The notes under the pieces: generated by a model
What the model was told of the DNA's origin: nothing
The model's input: the letters and a program-made list of their open reading frames with translations, nothing else
Databases searched by the model: none
In this document: piece by piece, positions 39,985-49,139 of the stretch
How positions within the stretch are numbered: the stretch's first letter is position 1
Layout: every line of letters begins with the position of its first letter
Position numbers and translations under genes: made by a program
Origin: Terriglobales bacterium
GTDB taxonomy: Bacteria > Acidobacteriota > Terriglobia > Terriglobales > Acidobacteriaceae
NCBI GenBank assembly: GCA_035573675.1
Contig: DATMAB010000020.1
Location: 88,408 to 152,407, forward strand
DNA length: 64,000 nt
Direction of reading: 5' to 3'

Positions 39985-40740
39985 ATGAGCGAGGAGAAGC
40001 AGATGGCAACGCAGGTCGAGAGCGTAGTCGAAGCCGGGGTCACGGCGCCGCCGTCCAACTGCATCATCTACACCCACGGTCTGTGGAAGACCTACGACAT
40101 GGGCGCCGAGGAAGTGCACGCCCTGCGCGGCGTCGATATGCGCATCGACCGCGGCGAGTACGTGGCCATCATGGGACCTTCGGGCTCGGGCAAGTCCACG
40201 CTCATGAACCTGATCGGCTGCCTGGATACGCCTACCCGGGGCCAGTACTGGCTCAACGGACAACTGGTCAGCGAGCTGGATGATGACGAGCTGGCCCGCA
40301 TCCGCAACAAGGAGATCGGCTTCGTCTTCCAGACCTTCAACCTGCTGGCCCGCGCCACCGCGCTGCACAACGTCGAGCTGCCGCTCATCTACAACGGCAC
40401 GCCGGCTGCCGAGCGCATCCAGAAAGCCAAAGCCGCGCTGGCGGCGGTGGACCTGGCCGACCGCATGCACCACAAGCCCAACGAGCTCTCCGGCGGACAG
40501 CGCCAGCGCGTCGCCATCGCCCGCGCCCTGGTGAACAATCCCTCCATCATTCTGGCCGACGAGCCCACCGGCAACCTGGACTCGCAGACCGGCGCCGAGA
40601 TCATGGCCCTGTTCGACCGCCTGCACCAGCAGGGCAACACCATCATCCTGGTCACCCACGAGCACGATATCGCCGAGCACGCCCATCGCGTCATCCACAT
40701 CCGCGACGGCAAGGTCGAGCTCGACGAGCGCAAGGCGTAG
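39985..40740 (+). CDS. ABC transporter ATP-binding protein (MacB/LolD-type ATPase only)
   Basis: Walker A is [10 protein letters not shown], the signature is [15 protein letters not shown], and Walker B is [11 protein letters not shown]. No FtsX-type permease domain is fused to it or adjacent. Confidence 0.9.
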   Translation: MSEEKQMATQVESVVEAGVTAPPSNCIIYTHGLWKTYDMGAEEVHALRGVDMRIDRGEYVAIMGPSGSGKSTLMNLIGCLDTPTRGQYWLNGQLVSELDDDELARIRNKEIGFVFQTFNLLARATALHNVELPLIYNGTPAAERIQKAKAALAAVDLADRMHHKPNELSGGQRQRVAIARALVNNPSIILADEPTGNLDSQTGAEIMALFDRLHQQGNTIILVTHEHDIAEHAHRVIHIRDGKVELDERKA

Positions 40741-40771
40741 CAACGTAAGCCGACCGACTCGTGAGTAGGCG

Positions 40772-41482
40772 TTATTGGTTCTTTTCCAGTTCCGCGTGCA
40801 GCCGAATGCTTCCACCGGTGATCTTGAGCTTACGCTCCCAGGCCTTGTATCCGGATTTCTTGACCGAAATCACGTGCTCACCGGGTGCAAGTTCCAAAGT
40901 AGACGGTGTGCTTCCGACGAAGGCACCGTCCACCTCGATGTCGGCTCCACTTGGCTCTGAGGACACGTCCACCTTGGCGATCGAGGCGGCCGGAGCGGCG
41001 GGTGTCGGTGCTGGAGCAGAGGCTGTGGCGGCGGGCTGCTTTTGCGCGGTGGCGGCGCGTTCAGCGCCGCCGCCAGCCCAGTCCTTCAGGATCGCCCCGC
41101 ACGCGGTTTCAACCGAACCGCCAAGTGAACGCGTGGACTTGCTGACGATCGAATCCCCTTCGCGGTTGAATACCGCGACCTTGTTGTCCTTGCGGATCCA
41201 GCCCTTGCCCCCTTCGTGGTCCAGCAGGACCACATAGTCGGCGCGCTCGGCACGATTGTTGATGGTGACGCCGGAGCACTTCTCCCCGAAGGTCTTGATG
41301 ATTTCGGCAGTCTGTGGGCGGGCGCCGCCGCTCGTACCGCCGGCGAAGCCTTCGCTGGTGCCGGCAAACCCGCCGGAAATTTCCCAGCTCTTGCTGTCGG
41401 TGACGAAGACGCGTGGGTTTTCGCCCAGGCTGACAGTTGGACTAACCAAGAGCAGGCAAAACAGAATCCGTGGAAGATGCAT
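40772..41482 (-). CDS. PEGA-domain lipoprotein/secreted protein
   Basis: The start is at MHLPRILFCLLLV (ATG 41482, GAGGA upstream). The C-terminal PEGA domain is SSEPSGADIEVDGAFVGSTPSTLELAPGEHVISVKKSGY. Confidence 0.75.
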   Translation of the reverse strand: MHLPRILFCLLLVSPTVSLGENPRVFVTDSKSWEISGGFAGTSEGFAGGTSGGARPQTAEIIKTFGEKCSGVTINNRAERADYVVLLDHEGGKGWIRKDNKVAVFNREGDSIVSKSTRSLGGSVETACGAILKDWAGGGAERAATAQKQPAATASAPAPTPAAPAASIAKVDVSSEPSGADIEVDGAFVGSTPSTLELAPGEHVISVKKSGYKAWERKLKITGGSIRLHAELEKNQ

Positions 41483-41602
41483 CGCGGGAGTCCTCGGTGG
41501 CGGATTGGGGCCGACAGACGGCCGCATTATAGCCGGACCGGCCGGTCAATGAGAGAAAACCCCGTTCATGGTTCTGGGTGACAAGCGTAGCGTGAAAGGG
41601 AG

Positions 41603-42994
41603 CTAGTGCGACGTGCCGCTGCCGCCGGGCTGCTGCTGCTCGGAGGCGGTCTGCGACTGCGCGGTAGCGCGGGCGGCGAAATAATTGCGGTCGTACAGGT
41701 TGCGATAGAAGCGACCGGTGATCTCCGCGGCGCGCGGACCGAACGTCGGCCGCCCGCCCTGCAGGAACACCACCGTCACCAGGGGACCGCGCTCGGTCGG
41801 CGTCCACGACGCGAACCAGCCGAAGCGCGTGCCGTTGTGCGAGCAGGTGCCCGTTTTGCCCGCGACGGTCTCTTCCCAGAAGCTGTAGCGCAGGCTGCGC
41901 GCGCTGCCGTACTCCACCGCGCCCACCATGCCCTCGGAAACCTCCGGGATCAGCGACCCGATGTTCAGCTCGCGCTTGATGCGCGGCTGGAACGACGCCA
42001 GCTCCTGCGCCGTCGACGGGTGCTGCAGGTAGTAGAGCGTGCCGCCGTTGGCGACGGCCGCCATGAACGCACCCAGTTGCAGCGGCGTCATCTGGATGCC
42101 TTCGCCGTGCGAGCACATCAGCCCCACGCCAGCTTTCGGCTCGGTCTCGGGGAAGACGCCGGGATGCTCGCCTTCAATCCCCCATCCCGCCAGTTCGCCC
42201 AGGCCGAACTCGTGCGCGTAGCGGCTCACGCGTTCGAACCCCAGCCTGCGGCCCAGCACCTGGAAGTAGGGATTGTTGGATTCCGCGGTGGCCTTGGTCA
42301 GGTTCATGGTGATGGGGCGGCGCGGGACGTAGCGGCGCCGCCGGGTGAATCCCAGCACGATTTCCTCGTCGCGCGTCACCACGCCGTCATTCAGCGCCGC
42401 CAGCGCCACCGCCACTTTGAACGTCGAGCACGGTTGCGCGCCCTGGGAGAGCGCCAGCTTCTGATTGACCATCGTCAGGATGCGGCCGGTGAACGAGTCG
42501 ATCACCACCACCGTCCCGTTCATGCGGCCCAGGGCGTCCAGCGCCGCTTCGCGCACCACCGGGTCTTCCCCTTCGGTGACGTCGCCCGCGGTCACGTCGT
42601 CCGCGTAGGAGCTGGTGTAGAAGCGCTCGTAACGGCGATAGCGGCGCTTCTTCCTGGTCGCAGTCTTCCGGGTGGTGGCTTTCTTGGAGCCGCTCCTGGC
42701 TTGCGTGGAACCGGATTTTGTTTTGCCCGTTGCGTCGGCTGCCTGGCCGGTAGTAGCCGCTCCGGCAAGGTCGGAAAGCAGCCACAGCACCAACGCTATG
42801 GTCACGACGATGCTGCGAGGAGAGCGCGTTCTGATCACGTTCGTCCGGAGCCCGAAAAAATTGACCGCATGGCGCACGGCCCTTGCCGGCCCATACGGGA
42901 GAGCAATGCCGTGATGGTACGGGATTCGTGTTCCCGATTCAATACCCAAACGGTGGTGTACTTCCGCGCGGAAAGCCATCCAACCCTCGTGCAA
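41603..42994 (-). CDS. Penicillin-binding transpeptidase-domain protein (monofunctional, class B-like)
   Basis: Motifs are CSTFK (SxxK), SNN (SxN) and KTGTC (KTG). It has a TM anchor (IVVTIALVLWLL). The exact start is uncertain. Confidence 0.75.
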   Translation of the reverse strand: MHEGWMAFRAEVHHRLGIESGTRIPYHHGIALPYGPARAVRHAVNFFGLRTNVIRTRSPRSIVVTIALVLWLLSDLAGAATTGQAADATGKTKSGSTQARSGSKKATTRKTATRKKRRYRRYERFYTSSYADDVTAGDVTEGEDPVVREAALDALGRMNGTVVVIDSFTGRILTMVNQKLALSQGAQPCSTFKVAVALAALNDGVVTRDEEIVLGFTRRRRYVPRRPITMNLTKATAESNNPYFQVLGRRLGFERVSRYAHEFGLGELAGWGIEGEHPGVFPETEPKAGVGLMCSHGEGIQMTPLQLGAFMAAVANGGTLYYLQHPSTAQELASFQPRIKRELNIGSLIPEVSEGMVGAVEYGSARSLRYSFWEETVAGKTGTCSHNGTRFGWFASWTPTERGPLVTVVFLQGGRPTFGPRAAEITGRFYRNLYDRNYFAARATAQSQTASEQQQPGGSGTSH

Positions 42995-43186
42995 TCAACG
43001 AATTAGACTTGGCCGCTGCGCGCCTTGGGGTAACCAGAGTGATGACCTGTGCCTGGCACGCACGTGCCTGGGGCAAAATCTCGGCACCCGTGACTTTGGT
43101 GCAGGCTCGCGCCTTCACTCCTGACACCTGATGCCTGAACTTGTTTCGGGATACGCTCGCATCTGACCCTTACAGTGGCACCAGCC

Positions 43187-44887
43187 ATGAAGTACTGCGA
43201 TAGCTGCCGGACCACATATCCGACCGAGTTCACCATCTGTCCCAGGGACAGGAACGCCCTGCGGGATGCAGCCGAACTCGTTCCCGGCATGGTGCTGCGC
43301 GGCAAGTACGAAGTGCTGCAAAAGATCGGGGCCGGCGGCATGGCGACCGTCTACCGCGTGCGGCACGTGCACCTGCAGGAGGAAGTGGCGCTCAAAGTAG
43401 TGAGCAGCAGCCTGTTGGCGGAGCCGCAGTTCGTGGATCGCTTCCGCACCGAGGCGGTCATCACGCGCAAGCTGCGCCATCCCAACGCCGTCCGCCTGGA
43501 TGATTTCGATACCACGGAAGACGGGCGTCCGTTCATCGTCATGGAGTTGGTCGAGGGACAGTCGCTGCGCCAGCTCCTGCAGCAGAAGGGATGGCTGGCG
43601 CCGGAGCGCGTTGCCGCCATCGCGCGCCAGGCCGCGCTGGCTCTGGACGCGGCCCATCGGCTGGGCATCATCCACCGGGACGTCAAGCCGGAAAACATTC
43701 TGCTCATCGCGCAGCCCGACGGCAGCGACCTGGTCAAGGTCCTCGACTTCGGCATCGCCAAGCTCAGCAACGGGTCTCGCCAGGATGCCACGCATACGCA
43801 GACCGGTATCATCCTCGGCACGCCGCAATACCTTTCGCCGGAGCAAGCCCGCGCCAGCCGCAGCATCCAGGTGGATGGGCGCGCCGACCTCTATGCGCTG
43901 GGCGTCGTGCTCTATGAAATGCTCACCGGCCGCGTGCCGTTTTCGGCCGAAAATCCGTTCGACCTGCTGCAACACCACATCCACACACAGCCCACGCCGC
44001 CGCATCAGGCCAGTCCCGGCTTGATCATTTCCGCCGCCATGTCGGAACTTGTGCTGAAGGCGCTGGAAAAGGACCCCGCGCGGCGCTTCCAGACCGGCGA
44101 GGAAATGGCGCAGGCGCTGGCGGATCCGGCCGTGCTGATCTCCGCCGAACCTTGCGCCCAGGTTTTCAGCACTGCGGCTCTGGCCGCGGCCGCCATGGCC
44201 GATGCTCCACCCGCGGAGCCGGCGCTCTCCGCGCCCACCGAGCGGGCAGTCGCTCCTGAGCTTGCGTTGCAGCAGGTGGAAGCTGTATTGCAGTCCGCGG
44301 GCACCAGGACCAAATCCTCGGCGCTCACCCGCACGCTGCTGATGGGCAGCGTCACGCGCACCGATACTCCCGCCGAGCCGGCAGCGCCCGCTTCCCTTCC
44401 GCAGCCCAGCCGTTTTGGATGGCGCTCGCGGATGGCCGTGGCGGCAGTGCTCGCGGCACTTCCCATTGCGGCGGGCATTGCTGTATTCGGTGGCGATGGT
44501 TCGACCGGCAGCGTCTACGCCGAGGCCACGGAGACGGCACCGGTGTCGAGCACAACCAGCAAGCCCGTTAGTGATCGTTCCATGGTTACGACGACGCGTC
44601 CCGCGAGTGAGCCCACTGCGTGGCCGAACTCTCGTTCGGCAGCGGCGCGCGGTAAGGGCAAGGGCAGAGGCCCCAAGTGGAAGAACAGCGGGCAGCGGAC
44701 GGTCAGTTCCCAGGAATTGACCAACGAAGGTTACCTGCGTATGCAGCGTGGCGACTACGCCGGCGCCGAGGCCGCCTTCTCGGAAGCCCTGGAGATCGAT
44801 CCTGCGAACGACTCCGCCCGCAAGGGCCTGCAGGCCGCCCGCACCGCTCAGACGGTCCAGGGCGTGGCGCGAGTGCTGGGCCGCTAA
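43187..44887 (+). CDS. Ser/Thr protein kinase with an N-terminal zinc-ribbon-like CxxC...C motif, a TM segment and C-terminal TPR
   Basis: Hanks kinase motifs are GAGGMATVY, HRDVKPENILL, DFGIAK and GTPQYLSPEQ. The N-terminus is MKYCDSCRTTYPTEFTICP. A GTG at 43175 is an alternative start. Confidence 0.85.
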   Translation: MKYCDSCRTTYPTEFTICPRDRNALRDAAELVPGMVLRGKYEVLQKIGAGGMATVYRVRHVHLQEEVALKVVSSSLLAEPQFVDRFRTEAVITRKLRHPNAVRLDDFDTTEDGRPFIVMELVEGQSLRQLLQQKGWLAPERVAAIARQAALALDAAHRLGIIHRDVKPENILLIAQPDGSDLVKVLDFGIAKLSNGSRQDATHTQTGIILGTPQYLSPEQARASRSIQVDGRADLYALGVVLYEMLTGRVPFSAENPFDLLQHHIHTQPTPPHQASPGLIISAAMSELVLKALEKDPARRFQTGEEMAQALADPAVLISAEPCAQVFSTAALAAAAMADAPPAEPALSAPTERAVAPELALQQVEAVLQSAGTRTKSSALTRTLLMGSVTRTDTPAEPAAPASLPQPSRFGWRSRMAVAAVLAALPIAAGIAVFGGDGSTGSVYAEATETAPVSSTTSKPVSDRSMVTTTRPASEPTAWPNSRSAAARGKGKGRGPKWKNSGQRTVSSQELTNEGYLRMQRGDYAGAEAAFSEALEIDPANDSARKGLQAARTAQTVQGVARVLGR

Positions 44888-44912
44888 CCGTAGCTTTCGA
44901 ATCAACCGCTCC

Positions 44913-46136
44913 CTAGCGCGCCTCTCCCCTCCTGCGGATGAACGTCGGCACGTCCAGGTCGTCCTGCTCCACCACCGCCGCCACCGATTCCCGCACCGTG
45001 TCGAGCGCCGCACCCTCACGGCGTGTCCCGCCCGCTGCGACTGCCGCCGGCACGCGCTGGCCTGCCGCTGCTGGCACATAAGCTGCGGCCATGCGTGTGG
45101 CCGCCAGCGCCGCTGCCGCCTGCGACACCACGCTCTCCCGGCGCTGGGGCATCGAGGTCTTGAACCCGGTGGCGATCACCGTGATCTTGACCTCGTCCTT
45201 CATCTGCTCATCCTGGACCGCGCCGAAGATGATGTTGGCGTCTTCGTGCGCCGCCGTCTGGATGATGGTGGAAGCTTCGTTCACTTCCGCCAGCCGCAGC
45301 GTGCTCGAGCCGGTGATGTTGATCAGGATGCCGCGTGCGCCGTCGATGGCTCCCTCCTCCAGCAGCGGCGAGGCGATGGCCTTCTGCGCCGCTTCCAGCG
45401 CGCGCCGTTCTCCCTTGGCCGTGGCCGTGCCCATCACCGCGTGCCCCATACCGGCCATGATGGTCTTCACGTCGGCGAAGTCGCGGTTGATGATGCCCGG
45501 GATGGTGATGATGTCGGAGATGCCCTGTACGCCCTGCCGCAGGATGTCGTCGGCGATGCGGAAGGACTCGAAGAACCCTGCGTCCTGGGCCACGCCCAGC
45601 AGTTTTTCGTTGGGGATCACCAGGACGGTGTCCACGCACTCCACTAACTCCGCCAGGCCCCGTTCCGCCTGCTGGCGCCGGCGCTTGCCCTCGAAGGCGA
45701 ATGGCTTGGTCACCACCGCCACGGTCAGCGCGCCCATCTCTGTCGCCAGCGACGCAATGATGGGCGCGGCGCCGGTGCCGGTGCCCCCGCCCAGGCCGGT
45801 GGTGACGAACACCATGTCCGCGCCTTCCAGCGCTTCGATGATCTTGTCCGTGTCCTCGAGCGCCGCTTTGCGGCCCACTTCGGGGTTGGCGCCCGCGCCC
45901 AGGCCGTTGGTGAGCTTGACGCCGAGCTGGATCTTCACCGGAGCCTTGGAGAGCTCGAGGGCCTGCTGGTCGGTGTTGGCCACGATGAACTCCACGCCTT
46001 CCATGCGCGCGGTAATCATGCGGTTCACCGCGTTCCCGCCGCCGCCGCCCACGCCGATCACCTTGAGCCTGGCCTTGTTGCGCGCTTCCTCGTGGAACTT
46101 GATGCGGATGTCGCCGTTCCCTGTTCCTTCGCTCAT
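44913..46136 (-). CDS. ftsZ: Cell division GTPase FtsZ
   Basis: The tubulin signature is [16 protein letters not shown] and NTDQQAL are also present. Confidence 0.95.
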   Translation of the reverse strand: MSEGTGNGDIRIKFHEEARNKARLKVIGVGGGGGNAVNRMITARMEGVEFIVANTDQQALELSKAPVKIQLGVKLTNGLGAGANPEVGRKAALEDTDKIIEALEGADMVFVTTGLGGGTGTGAAPIIASLATEMGALTVAVVTKPFAFEGKRRRQQAERGLAELVECVDTVLVIPNEKLLGVAQDAGFFESFRIADDILRQGVQGISDIITIPGIINRDFADVKTIMAGMGHAVMGTATAKGERRALEAAQKAIASPLLEEGAIDGARGILINITGSSTLRLAEVNEASTIIQTAAHEDANIIFGAVQDEQMKDEVKITVIATGFKTSMPQRRESVVSQAAAALAATRMAAAYVPAAAGQRVPAAVAAGGTRREGAALDTVRESVAAVVEQDDLDVPTFIRRRGEAR

Positions 46137-46209
46137 ATCCTCCTCGCTTCAGGCTGTGTGCTGGTCTCGCGCGCCCCCGGAGCTCACCCAGGCAGCGCAG
46201 GCCGTTCGC

Positions 46210-47457
46210 TCACCTTGCGTGTCCATTGGTTCCGTTGCCGTTGCCGTTTTTTCCGAACATCGCTTTCAACCGCGCCAGCAGGCTTTCCGGCTGCGGGCCA
46301 CGAGCCGCCAGAGCACGGTGCCCATAAAAGATCATTCCCAAGGCCGTGGAGAACTCGGGCTCCGCCAGCGCCGCGGGCATCTTGTCCAAAACTGCGGGAG
46401 CCGCCGCGCGCACCGGGCGCTTGAGGATCTCCTCGGCTACCTGCGCCATGCCGCGCAGGCGGGAGCCGCCGCCGGTCAGCACCAGCCCGGCGCCACAGAG
46501 TTCGAGCACGCCGGCGTGCGCCAGATTGTCCCGCAGCATCTCGAAGAGTTCCTGCGCCCGTGGCTCCAGGATCTCCGCCAGCGAGCGCTGCGGCATGAGA
46601 CGTGATGGGCGGTCGCCCACCGAAGGCACCTCGATCTCGTTGCCTTCGGGTACGCGGCTGACCAGCGCGCTGCCGGAGGCGCACTTGATCTTCTCGGCGT
46701 CGGCCAGCGGAGTCCGCAGACCGACGGCTACATCATTGGTGAAATGATCGCCGCCGATGGGCACCACCGCGGTATGCACAACCGCGCCTTCGTGATAGAC
46801 GATGATGTCCGTCGAGCCCGCTCCGATATCGGCCAGGCACACGCCCAGTTCGCGCTCGTCGGGACGCAGGATGGCATCAGCCGAAGCCAAGGGCTCGAAC
46901 ACAGTGTCGTCCACCTGTACGCCGGCCCGGTTCACGGCGCTCACCACCGTCTGGGTGGCGGCTGCGGCTGCCGTCACCATGTGAACTTTCGCTTCCAGGC
47001 GGCTGCCCAGCATGCCCAGCGGGTCACGGATGCTGCTCTGTTCGTCGAGCAGGAACTCCTGTGGCAGCAGGTGCAGGACTTCGCGGTCGGCAGGCAGCAC
47101 CACCCCGCGCGCTTTCTCCACCGCCAGGCGCACATCCTCGCGGGTGATCTCGCGCGGCCTCGCCGCCACACTGACGCCACCGCGGCTGTTGATGCCGCGG
47201 ATGTGCGCCCCGGAAACGCCCACCAGAGCGCGTTCGACCGGGGCTCCGGCCGCTTCCTCGGCCAGTTCGCAGGCGCGCTGGATTCCGGCCACGGCTTTCT
47301 CCAGATCCACGATGGCGCCTTTGCGCGTCCCGCGTGACTCGGTGACGCCGTGGCCGCGGTAGCGCAGACCGCTCTCCCCGATCTCCGCCACCAGCACACA
47401 GGTCTTCGAGCTGCCCATGTCGATGGCGGTGACGAAACTCCCTTGTGCCTGCGGCAT
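46210..47457 (-). CDS. ftsA: Cell division protein FtsA
   Basis: Actin-like ATPase motifs are AIDMGSSKT and DIGAGSTDI. A C-terminal amphipathic helix (LLARLKAMFGK) is followed by an NGNGNGTNG tail. Confidence 0.92.
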   Translation of the reverse strand: MPQAQGSFVTAIDMGSSKTCVLVAEIGESGLRYRGHGVTESRGTRKGAIVDLEKAVAGIQRACELAEEAAGAPVERALVGVSGAHIRGINSRGGVSVAARPREITREDVRLAVEKARGVVLPADREVLHLLPQEFLLDEQSSIRDPLGMLGSRLEAKVHMVTAAAAATQTVVSAVNRAGVQVDDTVFEPLASADAILRPDERELGVCLADIGAGSTDIIVYHEGAVVHTAVVPIGGDHFTNDVAVGLRTPLADAEKIKCASGSALVSRVPEGNEIEVPSVGDRPSRLMPQRSLAEILEPRAQELFEMLRDNLAHAGVLELCGAGLVLTGGGSRLRGMAQVAEEILKRPVRAAAPAVLDKMPAALAEPEFSTALGMIFYGHRALAARGPQPESLLARLKAMFGKNGNGNGTNGHAR

Positions 47458-47461
47458 GGGC

Positions 47462-48490
47462 CTAGCGTTTTCCTTTCCTGGTCGCCGTGCGGGAGGTCTG
47501 GACCGTAGGTTTCGGCGGAGCGGCGGACTTCACCGGCGACGTCGAGCGCGAATCCGGGTTGACGATGATCTGCCGGTCGTAGCGCAGGTCCACCGACTCC
47601 AGCTTCTGGAACTGCTGCCGCCACTCGGCGGCGTGCGCGATGTAGACCTTGTAGCGCTTGAGGTAGTGCGCTGAGCCCAGGTGGATGAGCACCGCGCCGG
47701 CCGGATCCGCCACCAGCACCTTCACGTCCTCCGGGTCGCTGAGGTCCACTTCGCTCAGATCCCGGGAGTAGTTGCCGCCCTCGGAATCCAGGTCGCGCAC
47801 CAGTTCGTCGTAGATCTTCATGCGCGCGGCGCGAGTCGAGAGCGGCTCGTTCTCGTTCATCCCCAGGATGACGGGGAAAGAATATCCGGCGGCGCGGCCG
47901 GGCGGCATTTCCATGATGACGCCGGCGCCATCGACCAGGGCGATGCGCGAGCCCGTGCGCGTGAACGCGACGGGCGTGCGCTCGCGCACTTCGACCTTAA
48001 TGCGGTCGGGAAGCAGGCGCATCACCGTCGCGGATTCCACCCAGGAAATCTCCTGCAGCTCCTTCTTGCGTTCTTCCAGGGGGACGGAAAAGACCTGGCG
48101 TCCGATGTCGGAACGGAAAACGGCGAGCACCTGGGCGGGCGCGACTTTCTCGATGCCCGCGATCTCGATGTGATCGGCGGAGTCCATTCGGAAGCGCGCG
48201 GAACGCGCTCCGTACCCGTAGACCAGCGTCACCGCGCTGCTCACCAGTCCCACAAGCGTCAGGACCATGAGCATCTGCTTCAAGCGGTCGGCGGTGCGTC
48301 TGGGAAGGGGCGCGCGGCGGACCGGGATGCGCTTCTCGGCCCGCAGGAACGGCGATTCTTCCTCGGCGTCAAGGTCCAGTTCGCGAGGGAATTCGTCTTC
48401 GCCGGATTCGTCTGCTGGGCGCGCGTAACGGCCGCGCGCTGGAACCGGAGACCTGCCCGTTCGGGCAATGAAACCTTCGTCTCGCGCCAT
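47462..48490 (-). CDS. ftsQ: Cell division protein FtsQ (POTRA domain)
   Basis: It has a single TM segment (LMVLTLVGLVSSAV) followed by POTRA/FtsQ-type domains. It sits immediately upstream of ftsA. Confidence 0.8.
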   Translation of the reverse strand: MARDEGFIARTGRSPVPARGRYARPADESGEDEFPRELDLDAEEESPFLRAEKRIPVRRAPLPRRTADRLKQMLMVLTLVGLVSSAVTLVYGYGARSARFRMDSADHIEIAGIEKVAPAQVLAVFRSDIGRQVFSVPLEERKKELQEISWVESATVMRLLPDRIKVEVRERTPVAFTRTGSRIALVDGAGVIMEMPPGRAAGYSFPVILGMNENEPLSTRAARMKIYDELVRDLDSEGGNYSRDLSEVDLSDPEDVKVLVADPAGAVLIHLGSAHYLKRYKVYIAHAAEWRQQFQKLESVDLRYDRQIIVNPDSRSTSPVKSAAPPKPTVQTSRTATRKGKR

Positions 48491-48626
48491 GCGCTAGGTC
48501 GAGTTGTCGCGCGGAAGAATCGCCACTGACACTATAACTTCATTTGCTCAAAATCCGCACAGAAATTTTCCACGCCGGTGATGTTTTCGGATGGGTAACG
48601 CGGGCGGCCTGGAATCAGCCGCTCGC

Positions 48627-49025
48627 TTAGAGCCTGTAGCCCTGCTGTGGCAGCGGGCGGGCCTGGGCGCGCAGGTTGCGGCTCTGGTTATTGCACGGCG
48701 GGATGCCCTCGGCGGGCTGGGGCGCTTCCCGCTCGAGGTTCCGTTCGACCCGAGAAGCGCGGTCGGCCAGGCGCACGGCCGAGTCGATGTCTCCCAGCGC
48801 CATCTCCATCTGGGAGAACAGGTACAGTACCCGGGGATCATCCACCTGGCTGGCGGGAGGGGCGCTGAAGTCGGCGGCGTGCGCGGTTTCCGAAGCGGGC
48901 ACCGGAAGGAACGGTTGCGCCGCAGTGAAGATGACCGCGAAAGCCGCCACCAGGATCACCAGCCGGATTGCGATCGGATTCACGTGCCGTTCTCCCTCGT
49001 ACCCCCTTTGCGCTGGGTTACGCAT
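48627..49025 (-). CDS. Hypothetical single-pass membrane protein in the murC-ftsQ gap
   Basis: ORF 48627..49127, with the start set at MRNPAQ (ATG 49025). Codons upstream of that have low GC3, while downstream codons are strongly GC3-rich like host genes. One TM helix is present (IAIRLVILVAAFAVIFTAA). Confidence 0.45.
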   Translation of the reverse strand: MRNPAQRGYEGERHVNPIAIRLVILVAAFAVIFTAAQPFLPVPASETAHAADFSAPPASQVDDPRVLYLFSQMEMALGDIDSAVRLADRASRVERNLEREAPQPAEGIPPCNNQSRNLRAQARPLPQQGYRL

Positions 49026-49139
49026 CGGGTGAGCTTCCGGTTCCAGAACCGTGCTCCCTTCTATAGACGCTGCAGGGACGAAATCGTATGAGCCAATTCC
49101 AGAGTGGACTGCGTTTTTTTCGGACACATGGAAGCCGAA

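Noticed and set aside
43051-43070. A sigma-54-like TGGCACG-N4-TGCC upstream of the kinase gene
   Set aside because: The GG-to-GC spacing is one nucleotide short of the TGGCACG-N4-TTGC consensus. The sequence is also a simple palindrome (GGCAC GCAC GTGCC), which explains it equally well.
43115-45079. A 654-aa minus-strand ORF
   Set aside because: It is antisense to the Ser/Thr kinase, which carries all the Hanks motifs. The translation is Arg/Gly-rich junk.
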